A stretch of 64,000 bases of DNA from an uncultured Elusimicrobia bacterium. Lineage in GTDB: Bacteria > Elusimicrobiota > Elusimicrobia > 2-01-FULL-59-12. Positions 41,145 to 49,777 of this stretch are shown in pieces. The stretch is taken from contig OY969767.1 of assembly GCA_963702895.1 (NCBI GenBank), positions 192,001-256,000 on the forward strand. The letters are read 5' to 3'. The notes under the pieces are model-generated. The model ran no database searches. It was given only the letters and a program-made list of their open reading frames with translations, and was not told the DNA's origin. Position 1 is the first letter of the stretch. The number at the start of each line of letters is the position of its first letter. The position numbers were made by a program, and so were the translations under genes.

Positions 41145-41295
41145 ACCGGGAAGCTTTTGTTGACGTCACCCCGGCGAAAGCCGGGGTCTATCATGTTTCG
41201 ACGTAAATGATGGATCCCGGCGTCCGCCGGGATGACGGCACATAAAAGTCCACTGACCTCAGATGACAAAACCGGTCCGACAGAAGATTCCCGGC
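41145..41295 (-). mobile_element. Divergent member of the MITE family (151 bp)
   Basis: TA|GCCGGGAATCTTC...AAGCTTCCCGGT ends; internal CGTC doublet 41164-41237; starts inside the HAD stop codon TAG. Confidence 0.75.
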
Positions 41296-41900
41296 TAGTC
41301 CAGAATCCCGCCCAGGTCCTTCCTTAATTGTCGGGCGCTCGTGAAGTGGTGCGCACGTATCCCGATCGACCTTGCCGCGGTGATATGTTCCTTCACATCA
41401 TCGATGAAGACGGCCTTGGCCGGATCGACCTTGGCTTTGCGAAGGGTCAGGAGATAGATCTCAAGCTCCGGCTTCCGGTGTCCGACGGCGTAGGAAGCGA
41501 TCGGGTGGTCAAACCAGTCCATAAAGGCATGGCTCTTACACACATGTTTCCAGTGCATGGGGTTGACGTTCGAGATCATGGCCAGCCGGTAGGACTTTCG
41601 CAAGCGCTTCAGGATCTGGACGGATTCGGGTATCTCTTCAAAAATGTCATTCCACAGCTTCATGAAGGGGCCAAAGTGGAGGCCCTTCAGTTTGAGTTCT
41701 TTCGAGAGGCCCTGAAAGAAATCTTGTTCACTGATCGTGCCGCGCTCAAAGCGGTCCCAGAGCGGGGTGGTTTTAAAGAAGTTGCGGATCTCGTCGATGG
41801 TGTGCGGCGAATGTTTCTTGAGGCCACGGACGACTTTCATGAAGTCAAAGTCGAGCAGGACGCGGCCCAAGTCAAAGATGATCAGTTCAGGACGATTCAT
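41295..41900 (-). CDS. HAD-family phosphatase (YihX-like)
   Basis: FDLGRVL, ISN, KP, FIDD. Confidence 0.88.
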   Translation of the reverse strand: MNRPELIIFDLGRVLLDFDFMKVVRGLKKHSPHTIDEIRNFFKTTPLWDRFERGTISEQDFFQGLSKELKLKGLHFGPFMKLWNDIFEEIPESVQILKRLRKSYRLAMISNVNPMHWKHVCKSHAFMDWFDHPIASYAVGHRKPELEIYLLTLRKAKVDPAKAVFIDDVKEHITAARSIGIRAHHFTSARQLRKDLGGILD

Positions 41901-41915
41901 ATCAGGATGGCGCGA

Positions 41916-42044
41916 GCCCTCACCCCCACCCTCTCCCGCGTGCACGCGGGAGACCCGCGCTTCCACATTTTCCCTATAGCGCGCAGGTCCCACGGTCGTA
42001 TGTGGGAGGGAGAGGCCAAGCAAAGCGAGTGCCGGGGTGAGGGC
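41916..42044. repeat. CCCTCACCCC/CCCTCTCCC-type palindromic repeat
   Basis: GCCCTCACCCC...CCCTCTCCC ... GGGAGAGG...GGGGTGAGGGC; related copies at 4319-4420 and 60414-60536. Confidence 0.75.
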
Positions 42045-42050
42045 AAAGTT

Positions 42051-43268
42051 TCACTTTTTCACTAGGGCGATGGACTTTTTGACGCCTTGCTTGACCAGTC
42101 CCAGCACAGATTTCACCAGGGCCTCCGGCCATTTCCCTTTCTTGATGGCGAATTTTAACATGCCGCTGTTGACCGTCGAAACGTCTTCCAGTTTTCCAGC
42201 GTTTTTGAGCGTCGTGCGCAGGAGCTCCCACGCGAAAGGGTCCTCGGCCTTGGTCGGCGCCCGAAACTCCTCTTCACTTTTCATGACCAGGCGATGCTCA
42301 GGCCCGTCAATGGAAAGAAGTCCTTCGCGTGCCGCGAACTGCAGCGCCGCCTCCTCAATTTTGGCTTGCTCTTGTGCGAGAACTTTGATTTGCGCTTGCA
42401 AATCGGCTTTTTGGGACTCGAGGACGGCGTATTTTTGAACGAGCTGGACACCGGCATCTTTCAAGTACTCATTGGGCGGCAGACCTTCCATCGCGACAGG
42501 ATGCTTCCAGGCCGGGCACAGGGGCTTGTATTCGCACCATTCACAGAGGCGGCTCGTGCGGACCTCCCACCGGCCGAGCTTTCTTTCTTCCTCGATCTGC
42601 CGGATGAGACCGATCACCTCCCGCTCAAGCGAGGCAAGGTCGGTTTCGGAGCGAGACGAGACGATATCTTTGTCGAAGGCGAGGTAATGCCAAATGAGCT
42701 TGACTCGTTTGGCATCGGGCCAGCGCTGTTGAATGCCGAGGTGATAGAGCGCGAGCTGCCGGTCTTCATCGGCCTCTTCCTGCGTGGGCAGGGTGTTGCC
42801 CGTCTTGTAGTCGTGAATCTCATACGTTTCCGTCGCGGGGTCCCAGGAGAGCCGGTCCATATAGCCCAGGACGGCATAGCTTTGGTCTCCATCCTTGAGT
42901 TTCATTTCAATGCGTTCTTCAAGTCCGACGGTCCGCGACTGGTCAAACGGTCTGAAACGGTTGTAGTAGTCTTTGAGGCAGCGCTTTCCAAGCTCAAAAT
43001 AATGTCCGGGCGTGATGCCTTCGCGCACCACTTGGATCTTGCCGTGCCAATTCTTTTCCCATTCCCTTTCGTAGAACTGCAGGAGATCTTCCAAAGGGAG
43101 GAGCTTCGCAATTTTTAAATCACGGTAGAGCTTTTCCAAGGCTTCGTGGACCCGCTTGCCGAGGAAGGCTTCAACCCCTTCCGTTTCGGTGCGGATATTA
43201 TCGACATAGCGGAATTTGTATTTCTGGGGACATTGCTCAAAGGTCTCGATGCGGGAATTGGAATACAT
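42051..43268 (-). CDS. PD-(D/E)XK nuclease, RecB/AddB/Cas4-like, with four Cys and a C-terminal coiled coil
   Basis: S.S.I.TF.QCP.KY, GYMDRL, DYKTG, QLALY, CEWCEYKPLC. Confidence 0.85.
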   Translation of the reverse strand: MYSNSRIETFEQCPQKYKFRYVDNIRTETEGVEAFLGKRVHEALEKLYRDLKIAKLLPLEDLLQFYEREWEKNWHGKIQVVREGITPGHYFELGKRCLKDYYNRFRPFDQSRTVGLEERIEMKLKDGDQSYAVLGYMDRLSWDPATETYEIHDYKTGNTLPTQEEADEDRQLALYHLGIQQRWPDAKRVKLIWHYLAFDKDIVSSRSETDLASLEREVIGLIRQIEEERKLGRWEVRTSRLCEWCEYKPLCPAWKHPVAMEGLPPNEYLKDAGVQLVQKYAVLESQKADLQAQIKVLAQEQAKIEEAALQFAAREGLLSIDGPEHRLVMKSEEEFRAPTKAEDPFAWELLRTTLKNAGKLEDVSTVNSGMLKFAIKKGKWPEALVKSVLGLVKQGVKKSIALVKK

Positions 43269-43296
43269 AGGCCTATTTCATTATAAAATCTCATCC

Positions 43297-44151
43297 ATGA
43301 GGAACCTAATCCGACTACGTTTTATTTCGTCATCCCGGCGAAAGCCGGGATCCATCATGTTCTTTGCATCGATGATAGACCCCGGCTTCCGCCGGGGTGA
43401 CGTCTGCGTTGTGATGCTATGCCTGGTCGCGGCGCTCCTGACGGGATGCGCGACGGTGCCCTACACGCAGCGTCGTCAGTTTAATCTCCTCTCACAAGCG
43501 GAAGAAGACCAGATGGGCGCCCAGGCCTACGCGGAGGTGAAAGCCAAGAGTCCTTTGTCCAAAGATGCCGGCCTCAAGGCGCTTGTCAGGCGCGTGGGAG
43601 AGCGCATCGCGGCCGTCGCGGACAGGCCTAAGTTTCAATGGGAGTTCGTCGTCATTGACGAGCCCAAGACCTTAAACGCCTTTTGCCTGCCGGGAGGGCG
43701 CGTGGCTGTCTATACGGGAATACTCCCGGTGACCCAAGACGAAACGGGTCTTGCGGTCGTGATGTCGCATGAGGTGGCCCACGCCTTGGCGCGGCACGGA
43801 GCAGAACGCATGAGCCAGCAGATGGCCGTGGGACTGAGCGAACAACTGGCGGTCAACGCGGGACTGATTAAGAGTCCAACAGGGATGCAAATCTTTGAGA
43901 TGGCCTATGGCATCGGGGTCGGCCTTCCCCATAACCGCAGCCAGGAAAAAGAAGCTGACAGGATCGGACTTATTCTCATGGCGAAGGCGGGATACGACCC
44001 TCGTGAAGCCATCCCCTTTTGGCAGCGCATGAAAGCGGCGGCTGGAGGACAAAAGCCTCCCGAATTTCTCTCCACACACCCCTCGGACGACACACGCATC
44101 CAAAAAATACGCGAAGCTCTTCCTGAAGCCCTCACCTACTACAAACCGTAA
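43297..44151 (+). CDS. M48 family metallopeptidase lipoprotein
   Basis: LTGC lipobox, NAFCLPGG, HEVAH, EADRIG, FLSTHP. Confidence 0.93.
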   Translation: MRNLIRLRFISSSRRKPGSIMFFASMIDPGFRRGDVCVVMLCLVAALLTGCATVPYTQRRQFNLLSQAEEDQMGAQAYAEVKAKSPLSKDAGLKALVRRVGERIAAVADRPKFQWEFVVIDEPKTLNAFCLPGGRVAVYTGILPVTQDETGLAVVMSHEVAHALARHGAERMSQQMAVGLSEQLAVNAGLIKSPTGMQIFEMAYGIGVGLPHNRSQEKEADRIGLILMAKAGYDPREAIPFWQRMKAAAGGQKPPEFLSTHPSDDTRIQKIREALPEALTYYKP

Positions 44152-44292
44152 CGGAGTATCGGAGTAACGGGGTATCGGAGTAACGGAGTAACGGGGTATC
44201 GGAGTAACGGAGCAACGGCGCGCTGGTGTTTTGGCATAACAACTCATCATGGAGCTTTGACTCCGACACTCCGATACGCCGATACTCCGATA
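44147..44292. repeat. Inverted 8-mer tandem repeats (CGGAGTAA/T, about 9 units ... ACTCCGAT, about 4 units)
   Basis: Direct reading; lies between convergent genes. Confidence 0.88.
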
Positions 44293-44306
44293 CGTTCTTT
44301 GTTGGA

Positions 44307-44783
44307 TTAGAAGCGGGCGGTGAAGGACAGCATTGTGGCAGCGCTTTTGGCTGGCAGACGCGACATGTACACGACATAGTCTCCCATGGAGCTCGCTTCC
44401 CAGTCTGAAAGAGCGAGCGTCGGAGAGTGCAACAGAGGAAGATCGATACGGGTAGAAAAGGAAGCTACGGGGGTTGTGTAGCTTACCCCCAACCTACAGG
44501 CCCGGTTTTTGCCTTTCGAACGGGAACGCTGGCCGATATGATCGATTCGCAGCTGATCAGCGGAAAGCCTCATCGTGTAGCCATCTCCGAAGAGAAAGGT
44601 CCGCGGAATTTCGCTGAGAAATGGAATTTTGTCGATCAGATCTTCGGGCCTCTGGTAGCGAGATTCCTGGGTTTTGACCTGAGCGGTGTAATCGACCACT
44701 TCTCCATGAGAGCGGGAGACCGCGAGAAACCAGCCCGCGGCGATCACATAGATCCAGGCAATATACTTACGCTTAACTTTCAT
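44307..44783 (-). CDS. Hypothetical exported protein
   Basis: 158-aa ORF with N-terminal hydrophobic segment; ends in F. Confidence 0.55.
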   Translation of the reverse strand: MKVKRKYIAWIYVIAAGWFLAVSRSHGEVVDYTAQVKTQESRYQRPEDLIDKIPFLSEIPRTFLFGDGYTMRLSADQLRIDHIGQRSRSKGKNRACRLGVSYTTPVASFSTRIDLPLLHSPTLALSDWEASSMGDYVVYMSRLPAKSAATMLSFTARF

Positions 44784-44857
44784 TGTGAGCTAAGGATAAC
44801 AAATTCTTGTTACGAAGACATTGCTCTCATGTGAACTTTAGGTTAAATCTCGTAAAG

Positions 44858-44884
44858 CAAAAAACCCTCTATTTCTAGAGGGTC
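44858..44884 (-). terminator. Rho-independent terminator after the RRM gene
   Basis: Minus strand ACCCTCTA-GAAA-TAGAGGGT followed by a T run. Confidence 0.8.
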
Positions 44885-44989
44885 TTTGCACGGCGTCATC
44901 CGCCAGACGTTCAGACGTCTGGCGGATCCACCATGATAGTAAGAGCAATGATGGCCCCCGCTTACAGCATGCGGGGGTGACAAAATGCC

Positions 44990-45361
44990 TTAGTAGCGGT
45001 CCCGGCCGTATCCTCCGCCGTAGCCACCGCGGCTTGAACCGCCGCCGTAGCCACCGCGGCTTGAACCGCCGCCGAATCCGCCGCGGCCACCGCCGCCGGA
45101 ACCCGTGCGCTCAGGGCGTGGGCGGGCTTCGTTGACAACGAGTTCCCGGTCTCCTACCTTGGATTTATTCATTTTCTCGATGGCGGCTTTCGCCTCATCG
45201 TCAGAGTTCATCTCGACAAAACCGAAACCGCGGGAGCGGCCGGTGTTGAAGTCGGTGATGAGTTTGGCCGAAGAAACCTGGCCATGAACTGAAAAAAGCT
45301 CATGAAGCTGGTCTTCGGATACGTCGAAGGGAAGGTTCCCTACATACAGTCTTTTTGACAT
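44990..45361 (-). CDS. RRM RNA-binding protein with Gly-rich tail
   Basis: RNP2 LYVGNL, RNP1 RGFGFVEM, VNEARP, GGYGG repeats. Confidence 0.95.
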   Translation of the reverse strand: MSKRLYVGNLPFDVSEDQLHELFSVHGQVSSAKLITDFNTGRSRGFGFVEMNSDDEAKAAIEKMNKSKVGDRELVVNEARPRPERTGSGGGGRGGFGGGSSRGGYGGGSSRGGYGGGYGRDRY

Positions 45362-45596
45362 GGTTGTTGTGTGTCTCCTAGTTTGTTGAATTGCCGATCA
45401 AAGTGCGATATCCAAGGTAGGCCAAAAAACTGCAGCGAACAGGGAATCAAGCCTTCGAAGCGGGTACGACAAAGTCATTCTACTATATATTGAGCGTGAT
45501 TAAGTGATTAGGTGATTAAGTGATTTGGGTAAGGCGTGCTGATAGCAGTAAGGGTTCTGTTGGGACTGGAGAGCATAACACAAGGATGTTCCCCTA

Positions 45597-45792
45597 ACCA
45601 GAAATCTTCGGTTCATTATGCCTCATCGTCTGAACTCGATGCACTTTATTGTGCCGTCACCCCGGCGAAAGCCGGCCCTCCAGACGCCGGGCGGGCCGGG
45701 TCGCCGGACTTGTGGAGACCCGGGGTCCAGTTCAACGACGATGGACTGGATCCCGGTTTTCACCGGGATGACGACTACTGCAGATTCCCGGC
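45597..45792 (+). mobile_element. 148-bp MITE, copy 3, carrying a 48-bp nested insertion (empty intron target at 45779/45780)
   Basis: TA|ACCAGAAATCTTC...GCAGATTCCCGGC|TA; inserted in the 8-mer array; length 196 = 148 + 48. Confidence 0.88.
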
Positions 45793-45833
45793 TAATCACC
45801 TAATCACTTAATCACGCCCAGAAATCACGCCCA

Positions 45834-47279
45834 TCACGCCAATTTCTTTGCCAGGATTTGGTTGGCAAGCTGGGGATTGGCTTTGCCCTGGCTTTTCTTC
45901 ATCACAAGACCCACCAAGGATCCGAGGGCGCGTTCTTTGCCGCCTTTGTACTCTTCGACCGCTTTGGGCATCTCCTGGATCGCCTCATCGCACCATTTGC
46001 TGATGGCGCCTTCGTCCGCGACTGCCGTGAGACCTTTGGTTTTCACAATCTTCTCGGGCGAGCCGCCCGTATCAAACATTTCACTAAAGACATCCTTGGC
46101 TGTTTTGCCCGTGATGGTCCCCTTTTGAATAAGCCCCACGAGCTCGGCCAGGGCCTCGGGAGAGACGGGAGATTCCGAAATGGTCTTTTTGGCGGCGTTG
46201 AGCTTGCCGGCCAGCTCGGTCGTGATCCAGTTGGAGACGGGTTTGGCGGCGCCTGGTCCTGATTTTGCTACGGCGGCTTCAAAATAGGCTGCCAAGGCCT
46301 TGTCGCCCACCAGGACCATCGCGTCGTACTCCGTCAATTGATACGCACTGACGAATCGGGCTTTCTTCTTTTCGGGAAGTTCTGGGAGTGTCGCCCGGAT
46401 CCCGTCCAGGAAGGCAGAGGTCAGGTTGATCGGAATAAGGTCGGGCTCCGGGAAATAGCGGTAGTCATGGGCCTCTTCTTTGGACCGCATGCTCTCCGTG
46501 ACGCCGCGGGCCTCATCCCAGAGCCTCGTCTCCTGGATGATGCGTCCTCCGGAGCCCAGCACTTCCTGCTGGCGCTTGATCTCATAGTGAAGGGCCTCTT
46601 TCACGGCTTTAAAGGAGTTTAAATTTTTGATCTCGGCTTTGGTCCCCAGGATTTTCTGGCCCACCGGGCGAAGTGAGATGTTGGCGTCACACCGCAAGGA
46701 CCCTTTTTCCATATCGCAGTCGGAGATATCGAGGTACTGGAAGACCGCTTTGAGCGCGGTGAGATACACATAGGCTTCTTCGGGACTGGCCATGTCCGGC
46801 TCGGAGACACATTCGGCCAGCGGCACGCAGGCCCGGTTTAAGTCCACGAGCGAGTAGTCGAGCTCACGCGCGCCGATGGCATGGAGAAGTTTCCCGGCGT
46901 CTTCTTCCATGTGGATCCGGTGGATGCGGATGGTCTTGGGCTTTCCACCGTCACCGAGGATATCGATCTTGCCGCTGCGCGCCAGCGGCAAATCGTATTG
47001 AGAGATCTGATAGGCCTTGGGCAGGTCCGGATAGAAATACTGTTTGCGGGAAAAGACCGAGTGGGAGGCAATTTCGCAGCCCAGGCCAAGCCCCGCCCGC
47101 ACCAGGAGCTCCACCGCCTTCTTGTTCAGGTAGGGGAGCACGCCGGGGTGCCCCGTACAGACAGGGCAAATCTGGGAATTGGGCTCTGCTCCGAAGCGGG
47201 TCGAGCAGCGGCAGAAGAGTTTCGACTCCGTCTTCAGCTGGACATGGACTTCTAATCCAATCACGGGCTCTAAGGTCAT
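45834..47279 (-). CDS. gatB: Asp/Glu-tRNA amidotransferase subunit B
   Basis: IGLEVHVQL, YFYPDLPKAYQISQ, EEDAGK, DYRYFPEPDL. Confidence 0.98.
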   Translation of the reverse strand: MTLEPVIGLEVHVQLKTESKLFCRCSTRFGAEPNSQICPVCTGHPGVLPYLNKKAVELLVRAGLGLGCEIASHSVFSRKQYFYPDLPKAYQISQYDLPLARSGKIDILGDGGKPKTIRIHRIHMEEDAGKLLHAIGARELDYSLVDLNRACVPLAECVSEPDMASPEEAYVYLTALKAVFQYLDISDCDMEKGSLRCDANISLRPVGQKILGTKAEIKNLNSFKAVKEALHYEIKRQQEVLGSGGRIIQETRLWDEARGVTESMRSKEEAHDYRYFPEPDLIPINLTSAFLDGIRATLPELPEKKKARFVSAYQLTEYDAMVLVGDKALAAYFEAAVAKSGPGAAKPVSNWITTELAGKLNAAKKTISESPVSPEALAELVGLIQKGTITGKTAKDVFSEMFDTGGSPEKIVKTKGLTAVADEGAISKWCDEAIQEMPKAVEEYKGGKERALGSLVGLVMKKSQGKANPQLANQILAKKLA

Positions 47280-47297
47280 AATTGATTAACTCTATGA

Positions 47298-47361
47298 CGT
47301 CACCCCGGCGAAAGCCGGGGTCCATCATGATGGATTCCGGCTTACGACCGCCGGAATGACG
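47298..47361. repeat. CGTC-type palindromic doublet (one of more than 12 copies in the window)
   Basis: CGTCACCCCGGCGAAAGCCGGGGTCCA...TGGATTCCGG..CCGGAATGACG; other copies at 10782, 24247, 43328, 44894, 49320, 54913, 62611. Confidence 0.9.
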
Positions 47362-47364
47362 GTC

Positions 47365-47817
47365 TTATGTTTTTGCAGCCGCCAACTTCAATAGCAGCTT
47401 CTTGTCCGACTTATAGGTCACTCTCTGTCTCGCCTCGGCCAGCGAGACCCACTCGGTTTCCAGAATTTCTTCGGTGTCATGCGACCCGGTTTTGCTTAAG
47501 GGCTTCATCAAGAACCAGGTGACGGTCTTCTTTGTGGTTTGGCCATCTCGCTGAAAATAATATTGAACCCGCTCCAAAGGCTTCATCACTTCGCAGGCAT
47601 AGCCCGTTTCCTCCTCGACTTCGCGCAGCGCCGCCTGCTGGGCGCTTTCCCTTTTTTCAATGTGGCCTTTCGGGAAAGTCCACACGACTTTCCCTTCCAG
47701 GTTCTGGACCCGCACCATGAGAAGCGCCGCCCCGTCCTGGACCACGCCGCCCGCGGAATACTCAAACCGCGACGGGGGGGGGCCTCCAGACGGCCGGCGG
47801 ACGCCCGTCTTACTCAT
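47365..47817 (-). CDS. Nudix hydrolase
   Basis: SAGGVV, W.FPKGHIEKRESAQQAALREVEEETG. Confidence 0.9.
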   Translation of the reverse strand: MSKTGVRRPSGGPPPSRFEYSAGGVVQDGAALLMVRVQNLEGKVVWTFPKGHIEKRESAQQAALREVEEETGYACEVMKPLERVQYYFQRDGQTTKKTVTWFLMKPLSKTGSHDTEEILETEWVSLAEARQRVTYKSDKKLLLKLAAAKT

Positions 47818-49285
47818 TAGAAGAGAGGAAAACGGGCGCCTTTTGGTTCCAGTGCTGAGTTTCTTCATAGTGATGCGCGGCGGACAGGATCGTCCCTTCT
47901 TCGAAAGGGCGTCCCAAAAGCTGTAATCCAATCGGGAGGCCCGTTTGGGTGAAGCCGCAAGGCAAAGATAAGCCCGGCAACCCGGCGAGGTTGCAGGAGA
48001 TCGTAAAGATATCGGACAGATACATCCGCAAGGGGTCCGCTGACTTTTCTCCGACCTTAAAAGCGGGTGAGGGACTGGTCGGCGTGGCGATGAGGTCCAC
48101 TTCTTTGAAGGCTCGATCAAAATCTTCCTTCACCAGGGTGCGGACTTTTTGCGCCTTGGCGTAATAGGCGTCATAGTAGCCGGAGGAAAGCGCGTAGGTG
48201 CCGATCATGATGCGACGCTTCACTTCCGGTCCGAACCCTTCGCCGCGACTTTTCTCATAGAGCTCGAGCAGGTTCTTCACGTCTTTGGCCCGGCGGCCAT
48301 ACCGGACGCCGTCAAAGCGGGAAAGGTTGGAGCTCGCCTCCGAAGGCGCCAGGATGTAGTAGACCGCCAGGCCATAATCCGTGTTGGGCAGAGAAATCTC
48401 CCGCGTTGTGGCGCCGAAGCTTTCGAAGGTCCTGATCGCTTCACGGACGGCTCGATCAATTTCCGGGTCCGTCCCGCTGATGAAATATTCTTTCGGCAAG
48501 CCGATGCGCAGGCCTTTCAGTGACTTTTCAAGTCCCGCGACGTAATCCGGGACCCTGTGGTTGACGCTTGTGGAATCCCGGTCATCAGGACCGGAGATGA
48601 CTTGCAGAAGGAGTGCCGAGTCTTTGGCGGTCGTGGCGAAGGGGCCAATCTGGTCTAAAGAGGAAGCAAAAGCGATGAGGCCAAAGCGTGAGACCCGTCC
48701 GTAGGTTGGTTTAAGGCCCAACACGCCGCAGAGCGCGGCCGGCTGTCGGATGGAGCCGCCTGTATCAGAGCCCAGGGCGAGCGGGGCCATCCGCGCGGCG
48801 ACGGCCGCCGCGCTTCCGCCCGAAGAACCTCCCGGGATGCGGCTTGCGTCCCAGGGGTTTCGGGTCGTATGGAAAGCGGAGTTTTCTGTCGAGGAACCCA
48901 TGGCGAACTCGTCCATATTGGTGCGGCCCAAGAAGACCGCCCCCGCCGAGCGCAATTTGCGGATGACGGTGGCATCGTAGGTGGCGGTAAAGCCTTCGAG
49001 GATCTTGGATGAGCAGGTGCAGCGCTCTCCGCGGATGAGCATGTTGTCTTTGATGGCGATGGGGACTCCGGCCAAAGGACCCACAGGCTCGCCCTTGGCG
49101 ATCTTGGCGTCAACGGTTTTGGCTTGCCCAATGGCCCGGTCCGCGAAGACCTCATTGAAGGCTTTCATTTTGGGGTCGAGCGATTTGATCCTCTCGAGAT
49201 AAGCGACCGTCACCGCCTCCGCCTTCACCTCTTGGGAGCGGACCTTTGCGGCTATCCCAGTGGCAGTAAGAGAGGTAAAGCTCAC
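47810..49285 (-). CDS. gatA: Asp/Glu-tRNA amidotransferase subunit A
   Basis: KDN, MDEFAMGSSTENS, GGSSGGSAAAV, GSDTGGSIRQPA. Confidence 0.98.
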   Translation of the reverse strand: MSFTSLTATGIAAKVRSQEVKAEAVTVAYLERIKSLDPKMKAFNEVFADRAIGQAKTVDAKIAKGEPVGPLAGVPIAIKDNMLIRGERCTCSSKILEGFTATYDATVIRKLRSAGAVFLGRTNMDEFAMGSSTENSAFHTTRNPWDASRIPGGSSGGSAAAVAARMAPLALGSDTGGSIRQPAALCGVLGLKPTYGRVSRFGLIAFASSLDQIGPFATTAKDSALLLQVISGPDDRDSTSVNHRVPDYVAGLEKSLKGLRIGLPKEYFISGTDPEIDRAVREAIRTFESFGATTREISLPNTDYGLAVYYILAPSEASSNLSRFDGVRYGRRAKDVKNLLELYEKSRGEGFGPEVKRRIMIGTYALSSGYYDAYYAKAQKVRTLVKEDFDRAFKEVDLIATPTSPSPAFKVGEKSADPLRMYLSDIFTISCNLAGLPGLSLPCGFTQTGLPIGLQLLGRPFEEGTILSAAHHYEETQHWNQKAPVFLSSNE

Positions 49286-49441
49286 GACAAGTTCACCATT
49301 CCGTATAAATCTGAATTGCCGTCACCCCGGCGGATTGTTAGCCGGGGTCTATCATGAGCATTAAAAGAGATGATGGATCCCGGCTTGCGGCATGCCGGGA
49401 TGACGGCAAGAGACCCAGGATACGTGAACGGAATATTCAAG

Positions 49442-49744
49442 TTATTCAATTACTTTCTTCACTTTGAAGAGCGGCCCTTCTCGTTCGGGAGCGTTGGCGA
49501 GAATCTCCTCTGGCGATCCGAGGGTTTGGGCGACGCTGGGCTCGCATTGGTCTTCACGCCAGACGTTTGAAAGCGGCAGGACGTGGCTCGTGGGGGCCAC
49601 ATTCTCTGTGCTGAGTGTGCTCATCTTTTCAATGTAGGTTAAGATTTGACCCAGCTGTTGGGTGTAGCGCTCTTTCTCGTCTTCCGAGAGCGCGAGTCTC
49701 GCCAAGCGCGCGACGTGCTCCACTTCCTTGCGGGTGATGTTCAT
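49442..49744 (-). CDS. gatC: Asp/Glu-tRNA amidotransferase subunit C
   Basis: VEHVARLARL, PTSH, NV.RED, NAP...F.V..VIE. Confidence 0.95.
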   Translation of the reverse strand: MNITRKEVEHVARLARLALSEDEKERYTQQLGQILTYIEKMSTLSTENVAPTSHVLPLSNVWREDQCEPSVAQTLGSPEEILANAPEREGPLFKVKKVIE

Positions 49745-49777
49745 GGCGTGTATTTTATTAGAAAAGACGCGATGGCG

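Noticed and set aside
44147..44292. Possible CRISPR array (also 29911-30007)
   Set aside because: The units are contiguous 8-mers with no unique spacers, and there are no cas1/cas2 genes.
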